The notes below the pieces were generated by a model that did no database searches, was not told the origin of the DNA, and was given only the letters and a program-made list of their open reading frames with translations. A stretch of DNA of 63,931 bases, counting the filler, from Barthelona sp. PAP020 (Eukaryota): the NCBI GenBank assembly GCA_040182905.1. It is 6 parts of 6 records of this genome, joined end to end, with 100 filler letters (N's around TTAATTAATTAA, not from the genome) between each part and the next. Parts side by side here need not be neighbours in the genome. Positions count along the whole stretch, not along the records: positions 1 to 11,245 come from JARQWU010000380.1; positions 11,346 to 22,535 come from JARQWU010000381.1; 4 more parts are not named here. One strand, given 5' to 3'. Of this stretch, positions 1-11,347 are shown in pieces (position 1 is the stretch's first letter; every line of letters begins with the position of its first letter). A program made the translations under genes and the position numbers.

Positions 1-107
1 TTTTTTTTTTTTTTAATAGCAATGAAGCCTTTTGCAAAAAGTCCCAAGTTTCACTAATTGAATGACAAAAAAAAAAAAAATTTATTCTATAAAAAAAAAG
101 GGGGACA

Positions 108-1190
108 TTAATTGTTTGTTTGTTCAACAGAGTCTGTAGAAGAGCTATTTTGTTGATGAATTTCAACTTCATTGTCTTCATTTTCATTTTCAACAACATC
201 AACTTGAGGATTCACAATTTCAGTGTCACATTGATTACAATTAATGATTTCAATTTTATTATAATCAGGTAATATGGGTAATATGTCAACATTACACAAT
301 GAATAAGCATAAAAATAAACTTTTGACAGTGGTAAAAATACTTGTAAAAATTGGCTGAACATGACAGTAAAATCAGCTTGTTCAGCATTTAAGGCACCAA
401 TTATCCCCATCATTAGAGAAATTTGAGTTTTAGCAACCCAAACAGATAGGCTTTTTTCTATTTGTAATTTTTCACAATAATCTTTCAAAACACTTGAACA
501 ATTTGATAAATCATAAAATGCAAAACAAAAACCAGTTTCACCAGTGATTGTATAATCCATTAACTCTTCAAACCAAATTGGCTTTTGCAAATTGAAATCC
601 TTATCAAAGGATAAATTATCATATCTAGCAGCAATAAGCTTATCTGCGAGGTCCACTAACGAATTTTCACAAAAATCTTCTAAAAATGATTCATCATATG
701 CTATATCAACATTTTCTTCAAAGTAATGATTAACTAATTTGCTGAAAATATTGTAAACAATCTTAATAGCATAAAATTTTGATAATTTTAAAATCCCACG
801 ACATAATTCCTTAAAATTTTCTTCATTTATGATTAAAAATTCACTTAACTTGAAATCTTTATATTCACCATTGAATTCATCCATAATAGTTTTTAAACAC
901 TCACTAATAATTTCTCCAATGACTTTTTCTAAGTTTTCTTTTTCTTCAACACTTAAATTAAGAATGGAATTAAAATCAATGCCATCTTGTTTCACTTCTG
1001 AATCTTGATTTTCGCTAATTTGTTTTTCATCTTTTTCATCCTTAACGTTCTTTCTTTCAATTAATTGGATTCCAAAGTCAGTAAAATTATTTGATTCTTT
1101 CTTTTGATTTTTGATATATCGATAAATACCATAACCTAAACCAGTAGCACCAACAACACCTAATATATATAATAGTTTTGATCTTTTCAT
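108..1190 (-). CDS. Hypothetical signal-anchored protein (N-terminal TM flanked by basic residues, acidic helical body)
   Basis: 360-aa ORF; MKRSK-LLYILGVVGATGLGYGIY-RYIKNQKK; no family confidently recognised. Confidence 0.7.
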   Translation of the reverse strand: MKRSKLLYILGVVGATGLGYGIYRYIKNQKKESNNFTDFGIQLIERKNVKDEKDEKQISENQDSEVKQDGIDFNSILNLSVEEKENLEKVIGEIISECLKTIMDEFNGEYKDFKLSEFLIINEENFKELCRGILKLSKFYAIKIVYNIFSKLVNHYFEENVDIAYDESFLEDFCENSLVDLADKLIAARYDNLSFDKDFNLQKPIWFEELMDYTITGETGFCFAFYDLSNCSSVLKDYCEKLQIEKSLSVWVAKTQISLMMGIIGALNAEQADFTVMFSQFLQVFLPLSKVYFYAYSLCNVDILPILPDYNKIEIINCNQCDTEIVNPQVDVVENENEDNEVEIHQQNSSSTDSVEQTNN

Positions 1191-1367
1191 AGATTAGATT
1201 ATTCAATATGGAAGATAAACACAAAAAAAAAACAATTGACTGACTTTTGTAGAATTATAAACAAAAACAAAAAGACATTAGTTTACGTTAAATAGATGAA
1301 TGAACCCGATAATTTGCTTTAAAATGAATAAAGAAAAGAACAAAAAATAACAAAATCCTCTCTTCTT

Positions 1368-3926
1368 CTATTCTTTTTTAATTTTTAATTTTCTAATTGT
1401 TTTGAAATGAGTTAAAAACAATTTATCACCAAAAATGATAATTACAAGAGCCAAGAAAAAATAATCAAACCACAAGAAAGGATATAATGGGGGTTCTTCC
1501 TTTAAAGAACTTGAAATATATATCACACTGCTTTCAACATCACTGGATATTTGTAAATTTTTTGTTTTTTCATAAAATTTTTTGAAAGTTTCTAAAGAAT
1601 AACTGTTATTTTCCAACGAAATTGTTTCATCATCATCGAAAGTAATTCTGATTTTTCCATCAACCTTCACATAAAAGATTTCAAGATAATTCAAAGATTG
1701 AATATTCAAAGTCACATTTGAAGTTAAAAATATCGGTCCTAAAACTTCGTCTTTAGTTAAATTGAGGACTTTTAATGGCTGGATCTTTACATTTTGATTC
1801 GAATTGAAGGGTAACAACGTTAAATATTCAGTTTCAGCAACAGATAGAATACCATGTCTTGCAAATTGATAGCATTTTGTGTTTAAATATTTTTGATTGT
1901 TGTAGACTTTTATCTGTTGTTCTTGTGTGATGAATGTATCTCCAATACAAACAAAACTATCATTAACACCATTACCATTGGAATCAAAAGTTACAAAAAT
2001 CTTATTTGGGACTTCTGTGAGCATTTGAATTTTGGAAGTAACAAAAATATTAAAAGGAAACTTGGAAATATCATTAAAATTTTTTGCAACAGTATTTTCT
2101 TTTTGTTTGATGGATATTTTAGAAAAATTTTGACTCTTAATCCATAAAAATACATCACTTTCAAAAGGTATTGATATTTCAACAGTTTGATCATCACTTT
2201 TATTTGAATGGAGCATCAATGGTTTTGTTGCTGAAAATACAAACGTCTGTATCTCATCAACAATTAAATTAGTTTGAAGTTTTAATAATTGTGGTGTTTT
2301 CATTCTGGAAATTCTCCCTAATAAAAACAAATGATTATCAGAAACCAACTTAGGACTGTTTGAAAAGACAGATACAGTTGAACTCATTTCAATGGATATA
2401 TAAGTATCATTTAAAACAAATATAGTGGAGTCTGGTCTGATATATCCAATAAATGATGTCCCTTTCATTCGATGAATGTCACCAAGATCACAATTTAAAC
2501 AAATTTCCTCATTGCTCAAAGAGTTAAATATTGCAACAATAGGTTGTTCAGATACATGAGCAATCTTACAAGTTTGATTGGCTTTTAAGAATAATTTATG
2601 GATGGTACCATTCAAAACAACATTTGGTGCATCAAAATGCTTGAGAGAAACAATAATTCCATTATTATTTGCAGTCAAAAATGTAACACGATATATTTGA
2701 GATGCATAAATACTCAAATCTTTTCCAGATACTTCAATTGTCTGATAGTATGGATATTGTTGTGAATAAACTCCAATTTTTTTAGGATAGATAGCTAATT
2801 GTTCTGCAACTGAAACATTTTCATACTGAATTGCAATTCCATGAACATGAATTGGATCAGCAACATCTAAATAATAATATTTATCATTGGAATCAATCAA
2901 AATCTCTTCTTTTGCTGAAATATCCTTTTTACGAATTTCATTGACGATAACTAAAGAATCTGCAGAAACAAACATAAAGAAAAAATCTAAATCTGGGGAT
3001 AATAAATTCACAACAGGTAAATAGAAGCCGGGATAATAAGATGTTAAAGTTTCAGCTTCCAAAGTACTTTTCTTTGCCACAACATCAACTGAAAAACCTT
3101 CTTTTTCAGCAATCAATATTGTGTCTGATTTCATCCATATAGATTCAGTTGAATTCAGTTTAATTTTGTCAAAATATGGGACATAAGTTACATTGAACGT
3201 TGTTTGTCGAGGATTAGTGGCATTTACAGATAATAAAACATATTTAATGGTATTCAAATTTGATTCAACAGCATAGCTAATAGATTTAACTAATGGTTCG
3301 TTATCACTAACAAAATTTATCTGTTTTTGCTTGTAAAATTTTGCGTAATCTAGTAATCTAACGACAACATTTGCACCATTTAAAATATTTGTGGAAAACA
3401 TCATAAAATGTTTGTTGAATTCATTAGAAACTTCTAAAATTTCATAATTATTGCTAATTGTTATTGTTTCCATGTTTAAAGAAGTAATTCTAATGGGTTC
3501 ATAATCAATCAAAAGCATATTGACATTTTCAATACGACTAAGACTAACAATGGTAATATTTCCTTGCAAAAAAGCAATATATTCGTTATAATATGGAATA
3601 TGTTTTAAAGGCAATTTTTCATATTCTAAAGTTTGATCATTATATTTGTAAATAAATAAATAATATTCAATATCAATTAGATTTACTTCTTTTTTGATTT
3701 TTAAAACAGTTTTGTCATTGAAATAATATTGAGTCTTTGATTTTTCAGGTAAAGTCATTTCTTTCCATACATTTTTATTTCCTTCCCTGTTATTACCACC
3801 TTTCAGTAATTTGGCAAATGGAATTTGAAATGTTGAATATTCATCGATTTCTTCTTTGATATCATTTCCTTTCACATAAATTACACAACATATTATTAAT
3901 ATTATCCAAAACAATTTCACTTTCAT
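1368..3926 (-). CDS. Hypothetical type I membrane/surface protein
   Basis: 852 aa; signal peptide MKVKLFWIILIICCVIYVKG; beta-rich ectodomain with NxS/T sites; C-terminal TM and short basic tail. Confidence 0.75.
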   Translation of the reverse strand: MKVKLFWIILIICCVIYVKGNDIKEEIDEYSTFQIPFAKLLKGGNNREGNKNVWKEMTLPEKSKTQYYFNDKTVLKIKKEVNLIDIEYYLFIYKYNDQTLEYEKLPLKHIPYYNEYIAFLQGNITIVSLSRIENVNMLLIDYEPIRITSLNMETITISNNYEILEVSNEFNKHFMMFSTNILNGANVVVRLLDYAKFYKQKQINFVSDNEPLVKSISYAVESNLNTIKYVLLSVNATNPRQTTFNVTYVPYFDKIKLNSTESIWMKSDTILIAEKEGFSVDVVAKKSTLEAETLTSYYPGFYLPVVNLLSPDLDFFFMFVSADSLVIVNEIRKKDISAKEEILIDSNDKYYYLDVADPIHVHGIAIQYENVSVAEQLAIYPKKIGVYSQQYPYYQTIEVSGKDLSIYASQIYRVTFLTANNNGIIVSLKHFDAPNVVLNGTIHKLFLKANQTCKIAHVSEQPIVAIFNSLSNEEICLNCDLGDIHRMKGTSFIGYIRPDSTIFVLNDTYISIEMSSTVSVFSNSPKLVSDNHLFLLGRISRMKTPQLLKLQTNLIVDEIQTFVFSATKPLMLHSNKSDDQTVEISIPFESDVFLWIKSQNFSKISIKQKENTVAKNFNDISKFPFNIFVTSKIQMLTEVPNKIFVTFDSNGNGVNDSFVCIGDTFITQEQQIKVYNNQKYLNTKCYQFARHGILSVAETEYLTLLPFNSNQNVKIQPLKVLNLTKDEVLGPIFLTSNVTLNIQSLNYLEIFYVKVDGKIRITFDDDETISLENNSYSLETFKKFYEKTKNLQISSDVESSVIYISSSLKEEPPLYPFLWFDYFFLALVIIIFGDKLFLTHFKTIRKLKIKKE

Positions 3927-4225
3927 TCAAGTTGGAATATTAGAAAAATAAAAATTTGGAAGAAAAAATACCAAAAAGCCAATTTTTCATTTATTTTTAA
4001 TAAATTCTATTATGTAATGGAGGGAAACTAAATATTTGTATTGTATAAGGAATTGAAAAAAAGAGGAAAGAGCACATTTTAGTTTTTTTTTAATAAAGAA
4101 TATTTGTTTGATAGTACTCTGAAATTTACTGTTTTAAATAAATTTTAGATATTTGTTTTTATCACCGTTGGAAACATTGACAAAACACGAAAAATGAGAT
4201 ATTGGTTTCATTTTTTTTTTCAAAA

Positions 4226-4594
4226 ATGATGTGGAATAGACCTGTAAATCCATTGGGAGGTGAAAATTGGTTTGATACATCAAAAATTGATGTGAACAGT
4301 TTAAGAGTAATTAGTCAAGCAGAATTGAAACAACATTCAACTGTAGAAAATGGTTTGTGGACTGTTGTTGGTAATATTGTTTTCGATGTAACCGAATACG
4401 CAAATAGACATAGGGGAGGAAAAAAATGCATTACTAGCAATGCGGGAGAGAATTGTTCAAGTTCTTTTTTTAAATTTCATGGATATATTAATCCTATTGT
4501 CGCCGTTGGTGTTGATAAAGTCGTCGGTAAAATTCAAGTTCACAATTTTGGAACTTCAATGGTTGATGATTTTCCTTTGTCAATTCCTGAATAA
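4226..4594 (+). CDS. Soluble cytochrome b5-like heme-binding protein
   Basis: ELKQH..LWTVVGNIVFDVTEYANRHRGG..AGENCS..F..FH; both axial His present; no TM tail; first ATG at 4226 (track starts at TTG 4202). Confidence 0.85.
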   Translation: MMWNRPVNPLGGENWFDTSKIDVNSLRVISQAELKQHSTVENGLWTVVGNIVFDVTEYANRHRGGKKCITSNAGENCSSSFFKFHGYINPIVAVGVDKVVGKIQVHNFGTSMVDDFPLSIPE

Positions 4595-4857
4595 TTATCT
4601 GATTTTTTAATCGAATTGGTGATATTGACGATATTTCAAAATGTGTAGTTCAATCAAGTTTTTTTTAGATAAACATTGCAATAATTAATTTCTTTTTGTG
4701 TTCTTTTTGTTATATTGTTGAAAGAAACAAATGTTACAGTTTTTTTGGGAACAAATACCTGATAATCTGTTTTGCTTTGACACCAAAAAAGATGAAATTT
4801 AAAGGAGAAACTGTAAGCACAATGTAATTTGTTCAAATGCTTGCCTTGTTTCATTGA

Positions 4858-7800
4858 TTGAAACAGGTAAATTTGAGACATCTTTTTAGGAAATCACTTA
4901 AAGTTTTTTTTTTAGGTTTTCTCAATCAAATGTTGTTTATATTTGCTTTAAGTTTGTTTGGTTTGATTCCTATTGCAATAGTTGCTTTAGTTTTCATTAT
5001 CTATATGTGTTCTGACGAGCTGGAGAATGAAGCTGATGAAAAATACACCTTTCAGATGTTTGATTTTATGTATTTTTTTTTTATGGAATTTGATAATGAT
5101 GTTTTTCTTTTTATGACAGTTTTTTTGCACTGTTTGATGATTGTTTTTTCTTTTTGTGCTCATGTTAATACTTTTCTTCTTGTTTTATATTTTATTTTAT
5201 TGTTGTGCATGATTATTGTGTATGGAATTAAGGAGTATTTTGAAGAAAAATATGAATCATTGATAATGAATTTCATGAACATTCCCCATTTGTGTTTAAA
5301 TTTTTTGGTTTCTTGTGTATGTACTATTATTGGTTGTTATTATACTGTTCTGAATATTCGGTTAAGTGATGAAAAAGGATATTTTATAATTTTTCAATTT
5401 TTTATTGCTTATCAATTGTATTTTTATTTATTCAGATTCTTTTTCTTTATTCAAGTTAATATAAGTGATGTTTCCTTGAATTATTCGCAATTACATGTTA
5501 CCAAATCCATATGGTTTTTATTCTTTAATATTCTTCATTTTTTTTATCCTTGTTTCATTACCACATGTTTATTAGCATTTTCACCATATTTGTGGTCTAT
5601 TGGTATCTTGCCCAACATGTATCAATTATTTTATTGGTTTGTTGATTTGGTTCATATTTATTTGGGAGGTAATCATGTTTGTAATCTTTTTACAACATGT
5701 TTTGAATTGTCCATTCAATGCGGATTGATTTGTCTTTTAAAGAACAAAAGTTTTGAAACTTTTGAAGAAAAATTCAAGACAATTTTTTGTTATTTGAGTG
5801 TGAGTATTTTTAGATTGATTCCTATTCATAAAAATTCCTGGAAAATTTTTAAACGTTATTTTACTTCCTCTAAATTTATTTATTTGTTGTTTTTTGTGTG
5901 TCCTATTCTTTTTGTATTGTTCAATGATGTTTTTCATTCTTTCACATCATTCATACAATCTTATTTGCGTATAGGTTGTGTAGTTATTTGTCTTTTGTCA
6001 TTGGGTTTCCTGTTTAGAAGACCTAACATTTTGATGAGTTTTGTACAAATTTTTTTAGATGGTGAAGGGGAAACTTTGGAGACTATTTTTAGACATATAA
6101 CCAAATGTATTTGTTTTCCAATCATATATCTTTTCTTTCCTATTTTATTGATTGATTCTTTCTTTTATGATTCAAATTATATGTTTTTAACCTCAAATGT
6201 ATTTACAAAGTTTGAAATTTTCGAAACTTTTAAAATTGCAGATGTTGCCAAATACATTTTATTGATAATGAATTTTAAGCTTATTTATAGTCGTAATACA
6301 ATGAATATTATTGTCTTTTTTATGATCAATATTATTGAAAGCGAATTTAATATGTTTTCATGCCACTATATGGAAAGGTTTTATTTTATTCATTTGTTTC
6401 TATATTTTGTAAATCGTTTTGTGGAAATAGCTCAATTAATGGTTTATACTGAATTTTCACCAACAAGATTTAATTTAAGTCCCCTTTCCATCAATTTTTT
6501 CAGAATTTTGGTTGAAAATTTCTTTATTCCTGCCAAAATAATCCTTTCTATTTTTTTCAATTTTCATATATATTATGTTGTACAAAGTGGTTTCGGTTTA
6601 ACATTATCAGCACCATTTCCAAATAGATTTTTTTTAAGCTCTCAAACTATTATTGATAGTACCATCTCAAACGATATCTCAATGTTACCAGAAATAAATT
6701 TTTTGCATAGAATGGGAAAACGTGTTTTTAATGATTATGTCAGTCCTTTTACAACAACTGGCACTGTTTATCTTGTTATTAATGAAGATTCTTCTGATTA
6801 TATGGTTAGATATTATGATTTTGGGTTTGGTTGGTGTTCTTTTGAAGGAAGGGTTTTAAATCGTAAAAGAACTGCATGTCATTCAGGTGAAATTGAAGCT
6901 GATTTTTTCAGTGGTTTGTATACTCCAGTTCAAACAATTAGACATACAAAATATCCAGAATTACAAACTCTAAGTTATGATGTGATCCCTGATAGCAATA
7001 TGACTATTCCCAATGATTTTGTTTGTTCTTTATATAACATATTAATAAAAGAAGATGAAAAAGTAATTGAGTCTTTTGAAAATTTTGTCAATTATTGTTT
7101 AGCAAAAAAAGAAACTACTTTTAAACAAGATGAAAAAGGAAGCGAATTAAATATTGAGGATATCTCAGCATCATTAAGTGAACATAATGACACAATTGAG
7201 GAATCGTATCAAAATGAAAATATTGAACCTATTTTTGATTGTTCTGAGGCTACAGAACTAGATTACGATTCACTTCTGTATGAAGGTGATTTAAAATTGA
7301 AAACCAAAGAAGTTAAAAATGAAGAAGAAGTGGAAGAAGTTGAGTTGATTGACTTTTCAGAGGATATGATAAACAATTTTTTCAATGTGAATGTAGATGA
7401 TGAAACAAACATTTCAAATCCTAATTTATTGAAGATGATTCGAAAGTTAGTATATTGGTTCAATTTTGCTGATAAAGAAGCAAAATGTAAAAAATATTTT
7501 TATTGGCTTTCATGTTTTGGTGTATTTTGTTTCAATCCAACGGGCTGTTCTTTTTCAACTTTTAAAACATTACCAAAATACATTCTTTTTAAAAACCCCA
7601 TGATTTTTATGAAAGATTTAAAAGGTTATTACCATTATTTTTTCAAAAGTTTATTGGTTGATTATCCTCATCTGAGTAAATATTTCTTTAAAGCCACATG
7701 TTTATCTCTTATGGCTAATAATACTCATGTGACTTGTGTATATCCAGAAGATTGTTCCTTTAATGAATTATCCGAATTTTTAGATTCTTTGAAAGATTTT

Positions 7801-8166
7801 AATGCATTGTTCTTGCCTTTTGGTCCTTTAATGGACTTATCTCAAGTTGGGGAACAATTGAACGAATATTTTGATCAAATTATTGATCAATCTTTTGAAT
7901 TTTTCATGTATCAATTTTCATTTTGTGGAATTAAAGAAGTAACTGTCTTTTCTAAAAGTCATCAAATAAGATTGATGAAAATGTCTGATGCTATGTTAAA
8001 GAGTGGATGGTTGAGTGCAATGCATGAAGTCTTGATTCTAAATAATACAGACAGTGAGAGAAGTAGTTTTCAGCAAAATCCTGTAATATTTGCAAATGTC
8101 ACAGCTAGTTCTTGTAGTCAACCCGTGGGTTATCCTGATTTAGTCATTCCCCTTATTGTTTCATAG
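4858..8166 (+). CDS. PCNX: Pecanex-like multi-pass membrane protein (paralogue 1)
   Basis: Many N-terminal TMs; RTACH..E motif; C-terminal ERSSFQQNPVIFANVTASSCSQPVGYP matches the Pecanex_C end; start uncertain (first ATG 4930). Confidence 0.8.
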   Translation: MKQVNLRHLFRKSLKVFFLGFLNQMLFIFALSLFGLIPIAIVALVFIIYMCSDELENEADEKYTFQMFDFMYFFFMEFDNDVFLFMTVFLHCLMIVFSFCAHVNTFLLVLYFILLLCMIIVYGIKEYFEEKYESLIMNFMNIPHLCLNFLVSCVCTIIGCYYTVLNIRLSDEKGYFIIFQFFIAYQLYFYLFRFFFFIQVNISDVSLNYSQLHVTKSIWFLFFNILHFFYPCFITTCLLAFSPYLWSIGILPNMYQLFYWFVDLVHIYLGGNHVCNLFTTCFELSIQCGLICLLKNKSFETFEEKFKTIFCYLSVSIFRLIPIHKNSWKIFKRYFTSSKFIYLLFFVCPILFVLFNDVFHSFTSFIQSYLRIGCVVICLLSLGFLFRRPNILMSFVQIFLDGEGETLETIFRHITKCICFPIIYLFFPILLIDSFFYDSNYMFLTSNVFTKFEIFETFKIADVAKYILLIMNFKLIYSRNTMNIIVFFMINIIESEFNMFSCHYMERFYFIHLFLYFVNRFVEIAQLMVYTEFSPTRFNLSPLSINFFRILVENFFIPAKIILSIFFNFHIYYVVQSGFGLTLSAPFPNRFFLSSQTIIDSTISNDISMLPEINFLHRMGKRVFNDYVSPFTTTGTVYLVINEDSSDYMVRYYDFGFGWCSFEGRVLNRKRTACHSGEIEADFFSGLYTPVQTIRHTKYPELQTLSYDVIPDSNMTIPNDFVCSLYNILIKEDEKVIESFENFVNYCLAKKETTFKQDEKGSELNIEDISASLSEHNDTIEESYQNENIEPIFDCSEATELDYDSLLYEGDLKLKTKEVKNEEEVEEVELIDFSEDMINNFFNVNVDDETNISNPNLLKMIRKLVYWFNFADKEAKCKKYFYWLSCFGVFCFNPTGCSFSTFKTLPKYILFKNPMIFMKDLKGYYHYFFKSLLVDYPHLSKYFFKATCLSLMANNTHVTCVYPEDCSFNELSEFLDSLKDFNALFLPFGPLMDLSQVGEQLNEYFDQIIDQSFEFFMYQFSFCGIKEVTVFSKSHQIRLMKMSDAMLKSGWLSAMHEVLILNNTDSERSSFQQNPVIFANVTASSCSQPVGYPDLVIPLIVS

Positions 8167-8962
8167 TTATGTTTCATATTTTCAAAATTGTTTTTCTTTT
8201 GTAAACAAATAGATGTTGTTTATTTTATTATTTTTGTTATTAATTAGACTATTAACAGACGATCTTATCTGTGACATTATGATCTCATTAAATTTGTGCA
8301 CAAAATTCAAAATTTACTAAAGATTATATTCCTGTTTCTTTCATTATTTACATCTTTGAATATATGTTGATAATTCAACAATTCTCCAAAAGAATCTTCT
8401 TTTCAAAAAACCTTTTTCCTGAAAGACATAGAATCACAATAAATTAGGCACAAACATTTACATTGTTTCTTTTCTAATACTATCTGTAATGTTTAACTTT
8501 TCTTTGAGACATCATTTGAATGAGTCATAAATTTCGAAAAAGAACAATGAATTTCAAGATTCATCATCTGCAAAAAAATTAAAGTTTTCAATAAATAAAT
8601 AAATGCAAAGGAGGCTACAAAGTTAGGATGCGTAAAGCTTTGTAAATCGGGTTTATTTACTGAAAACTTTAATTCTTTTGTTGATTTATTTGCTGTAAGA
8701 TGGGGTATCTTGAAAATATACGAATAAATTTGAAAACTTTGATATATTTTTTTGTACCAAATATATTTTCTTCAAGCTTCTAACTTTCTAAAGCTCTCTT
8801 TGAAAGTGTTTCCAAAAATTTGTTTTTTTTTGGTAATATAATTGTATTGACTTAAAATTCATCGATTAATGAACAGAAAAGCAAGCATAATCATGAAGTT
8901 AAATTGGAAAGTAAAAGAGCTAGATCTTCCTTTTCTTTTTCAATTTTTTTTTCTTTATTAAA

Positions 8963-11245
8963 TTGTCAAATGAAATGATTTCAAAAGCAGAATTGGATAA
9001 TTTTAACACAAAATGTGAGAATGTTATCAAAGAAATTCTCAAAATGAAACTTGATGAAATTCATTCCGATGAAACACTGATTTTTATATTTCTTTTAAAA
9101 TATTTGAAAGATTTTTCAAGTAGTTCAAATTTAGTTCAAGATGGAATGAATTATTTTGGGAATTTTGATATAGATCGGGAAAGAAGAGAATTTTATGAAA
9201 ACATATTATATTCTGACGTGATAAAGAGTAATGATATTCGATTTGAGTTAATTCAAAATTTTATTACATTGTCTAAATTTGTTGATTTTGATAGGATTAC
9301 CCATGAATTAAAAGAATTTGAAAACTTTCTTTTAGATGAGAACAATAAACAAAAACTTGAAATTTTGAAATATTTGAACGAACAAATGATCACTGCCAAT
9401 ATTCATATAAAAAATAGAGTTGATTCATATGAGAGATTTTTAATTCTATTTGAGGTTTTCAAAAGCCCAGAAAAACTTATTGTTTTTGAAAATGAACAAC
9501 AAATTAGGGATTCATTTACTGTTGAACTTGATTCTTTAGCCTTTTTAGTTGAAAAATGGCAACTGAAAAAAAAAAAGAGAGTTGGTTTGAAACAAGGATT
9601 CAAGAATTGGGAAATAGAGCACAAAAGTCGGGTATTCTTCTCACAAAAAGGTTTATTTCAAAAATTATGTCTGCTTAGTTACAATGATGGTATTTTCAAG
9701 GAGCTAGTAGACAGTTGTCGTTCAAAAAACGCTGAAAACGCAATGACACAAAAATTTGCGGATATAACTATGAATGCAAGACTTGAAAATGATTGGAAAT
9801 TTCTCACAAATATACCCAATTGTATTGCTATTTCAAAAAATAAACAACAGAAAACCTATAAGATCATCAGCCTGTCTGAGATTGATAATGTTCCACTGGA
9901 AGAATATCAAAGAATTGTAGCCCAAGCAGAAAATATTCATAATATTTTGCAATCTGTAGATGTTTTTGCCAAAGAGCTTTGGCAACAACCTGACAAAGAA
10001 TCACCAAATCTCTTTTCACTATTTGCAGTCAGATCAAAACAAGAGGGTTTAGAAGACACATATATAACTGGAAACCACTATAGAGCTTTAACGGGAATAG
10101 AACTTTCAAAATTTGTTAATCCCGTTTGGTTTAAAGGTAAGACCGTTGAAAATTTTCAAACGTTTTCACAATTTAACTCATTGGAAGAAATAAAGAATGA
10201 AATAAGAAAAGGTTTTTGTTTTGCTGTCAAAAATGGAGAGTTTAGACATTTTGTAACAAACAGATCAGCTTTTGTGGAAAAAAGAAAGGTTGTTACGTTG
10301 ACATATTCATCTAATGTTTCAAATCTTGAAAGCAATACAGTAATGGTCGATAGAACCATAAACGTTGATAATGTTATTGACATAAGAACAGACAGTATTT
10401 TACCAAATTGGTATGTGTACAATTTTTTAAAAAATATTGACGAAAGTTTTGAGGTAGTTTTATCTGATAGTACTCATCTGAACTTTGAAGGTTCTCCTAA
10501 CTCATTGTTTGTATCAAAGAGAGCTTGCGTTATCTTAGCTTCATCAAACCTTGATTTTTGGAGGTTGGTTATGATTATTTGTGCTTGTGGGTATTTGGGA
10601 GAAAAAGAAAAGTTGTACCATATTCATTCCAATAGGACAAACAGACTTTTTAAAAGATCCCTTTTTGAAAATTTTTCCAAATATCCTGATTTTCATTTTT
10701 CAAGATTTGGGATTGATAAGGGCTATTTTCCTGTTTTTGAAAAAAGTTTTCTTTCAGAATCAATTGAATGGAGTTTTGAACCAATCCCACCAAAATTTAC
10801 AATAAAAGATGATATTGGTAGCAACATTTTTAAAATTTATGATACATTTAACAATATTGAGATCAAAAAAACGGATAATTTGAAAAGCAATTTGAATTTT
10901 ATGTTGGAGAGTCAAAGAATTGGGAAACCGTTATATCTCTATGGAACAGCAGGTACTTCTAAAACGTTTGCCTTTAATATTTTGAGTTTTTATATTAATC
11001 AGGGAAAATTAGCAAAAGTCAATCAATCCTTAACCTTTCTTTGCACACCACATTCAACTATTGATCAGATAATCATTTTTTTGTATAAATGTTACAAATT
11101 AAACTGTGTTGTTCTCTTTGACGATAGTCATTTATTGAAGAGGGACGTATTTTTATATTGTCTTTATTGGGTGTATAGATTCAATGTTTGGAGTGTTTTT
11201 ACTTCAAATTATTCCCCAGAAGATTTTTTAGCGGAACATAACATT
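8963..11245 (+). CDS. RNF213/mysterin-like AAA+ protein, 3'-truncated by contig end
   Basis: PLYLYGTAGTSKT (Walker A), CTPHST, VVLFDD (Walker B), VFTSNY in the order seen in the RNF213 AAA4 module; first ATG 8975. Confidence 0.55.
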
Positions 11246-11345
11246 NNNNNNNNNNNNNNNNNNNNNNNNNNNNNNNNNNNNNNNNNNNNTTAATTAATTA
11301 ANNNNNNNNNNNNNNNNNNNNNNNNNNNNNNNNNNNNNNNNNNNN
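11246..11345. other. Artificial contig spacer
   Basis: N44-TTAATTAATTAA-N44 six-frame stop linker. Confidence 0.98.
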
Positions 11346-11347
11346 AT

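Noticed and set aside
4654..4890. Possible upstream exon and 23-nt GT-AG intron for pecanex paralogue 1
   Set aside because: No CTAAY branch point like the supported introns, and the upstream frame has stops and no recognisable homology.
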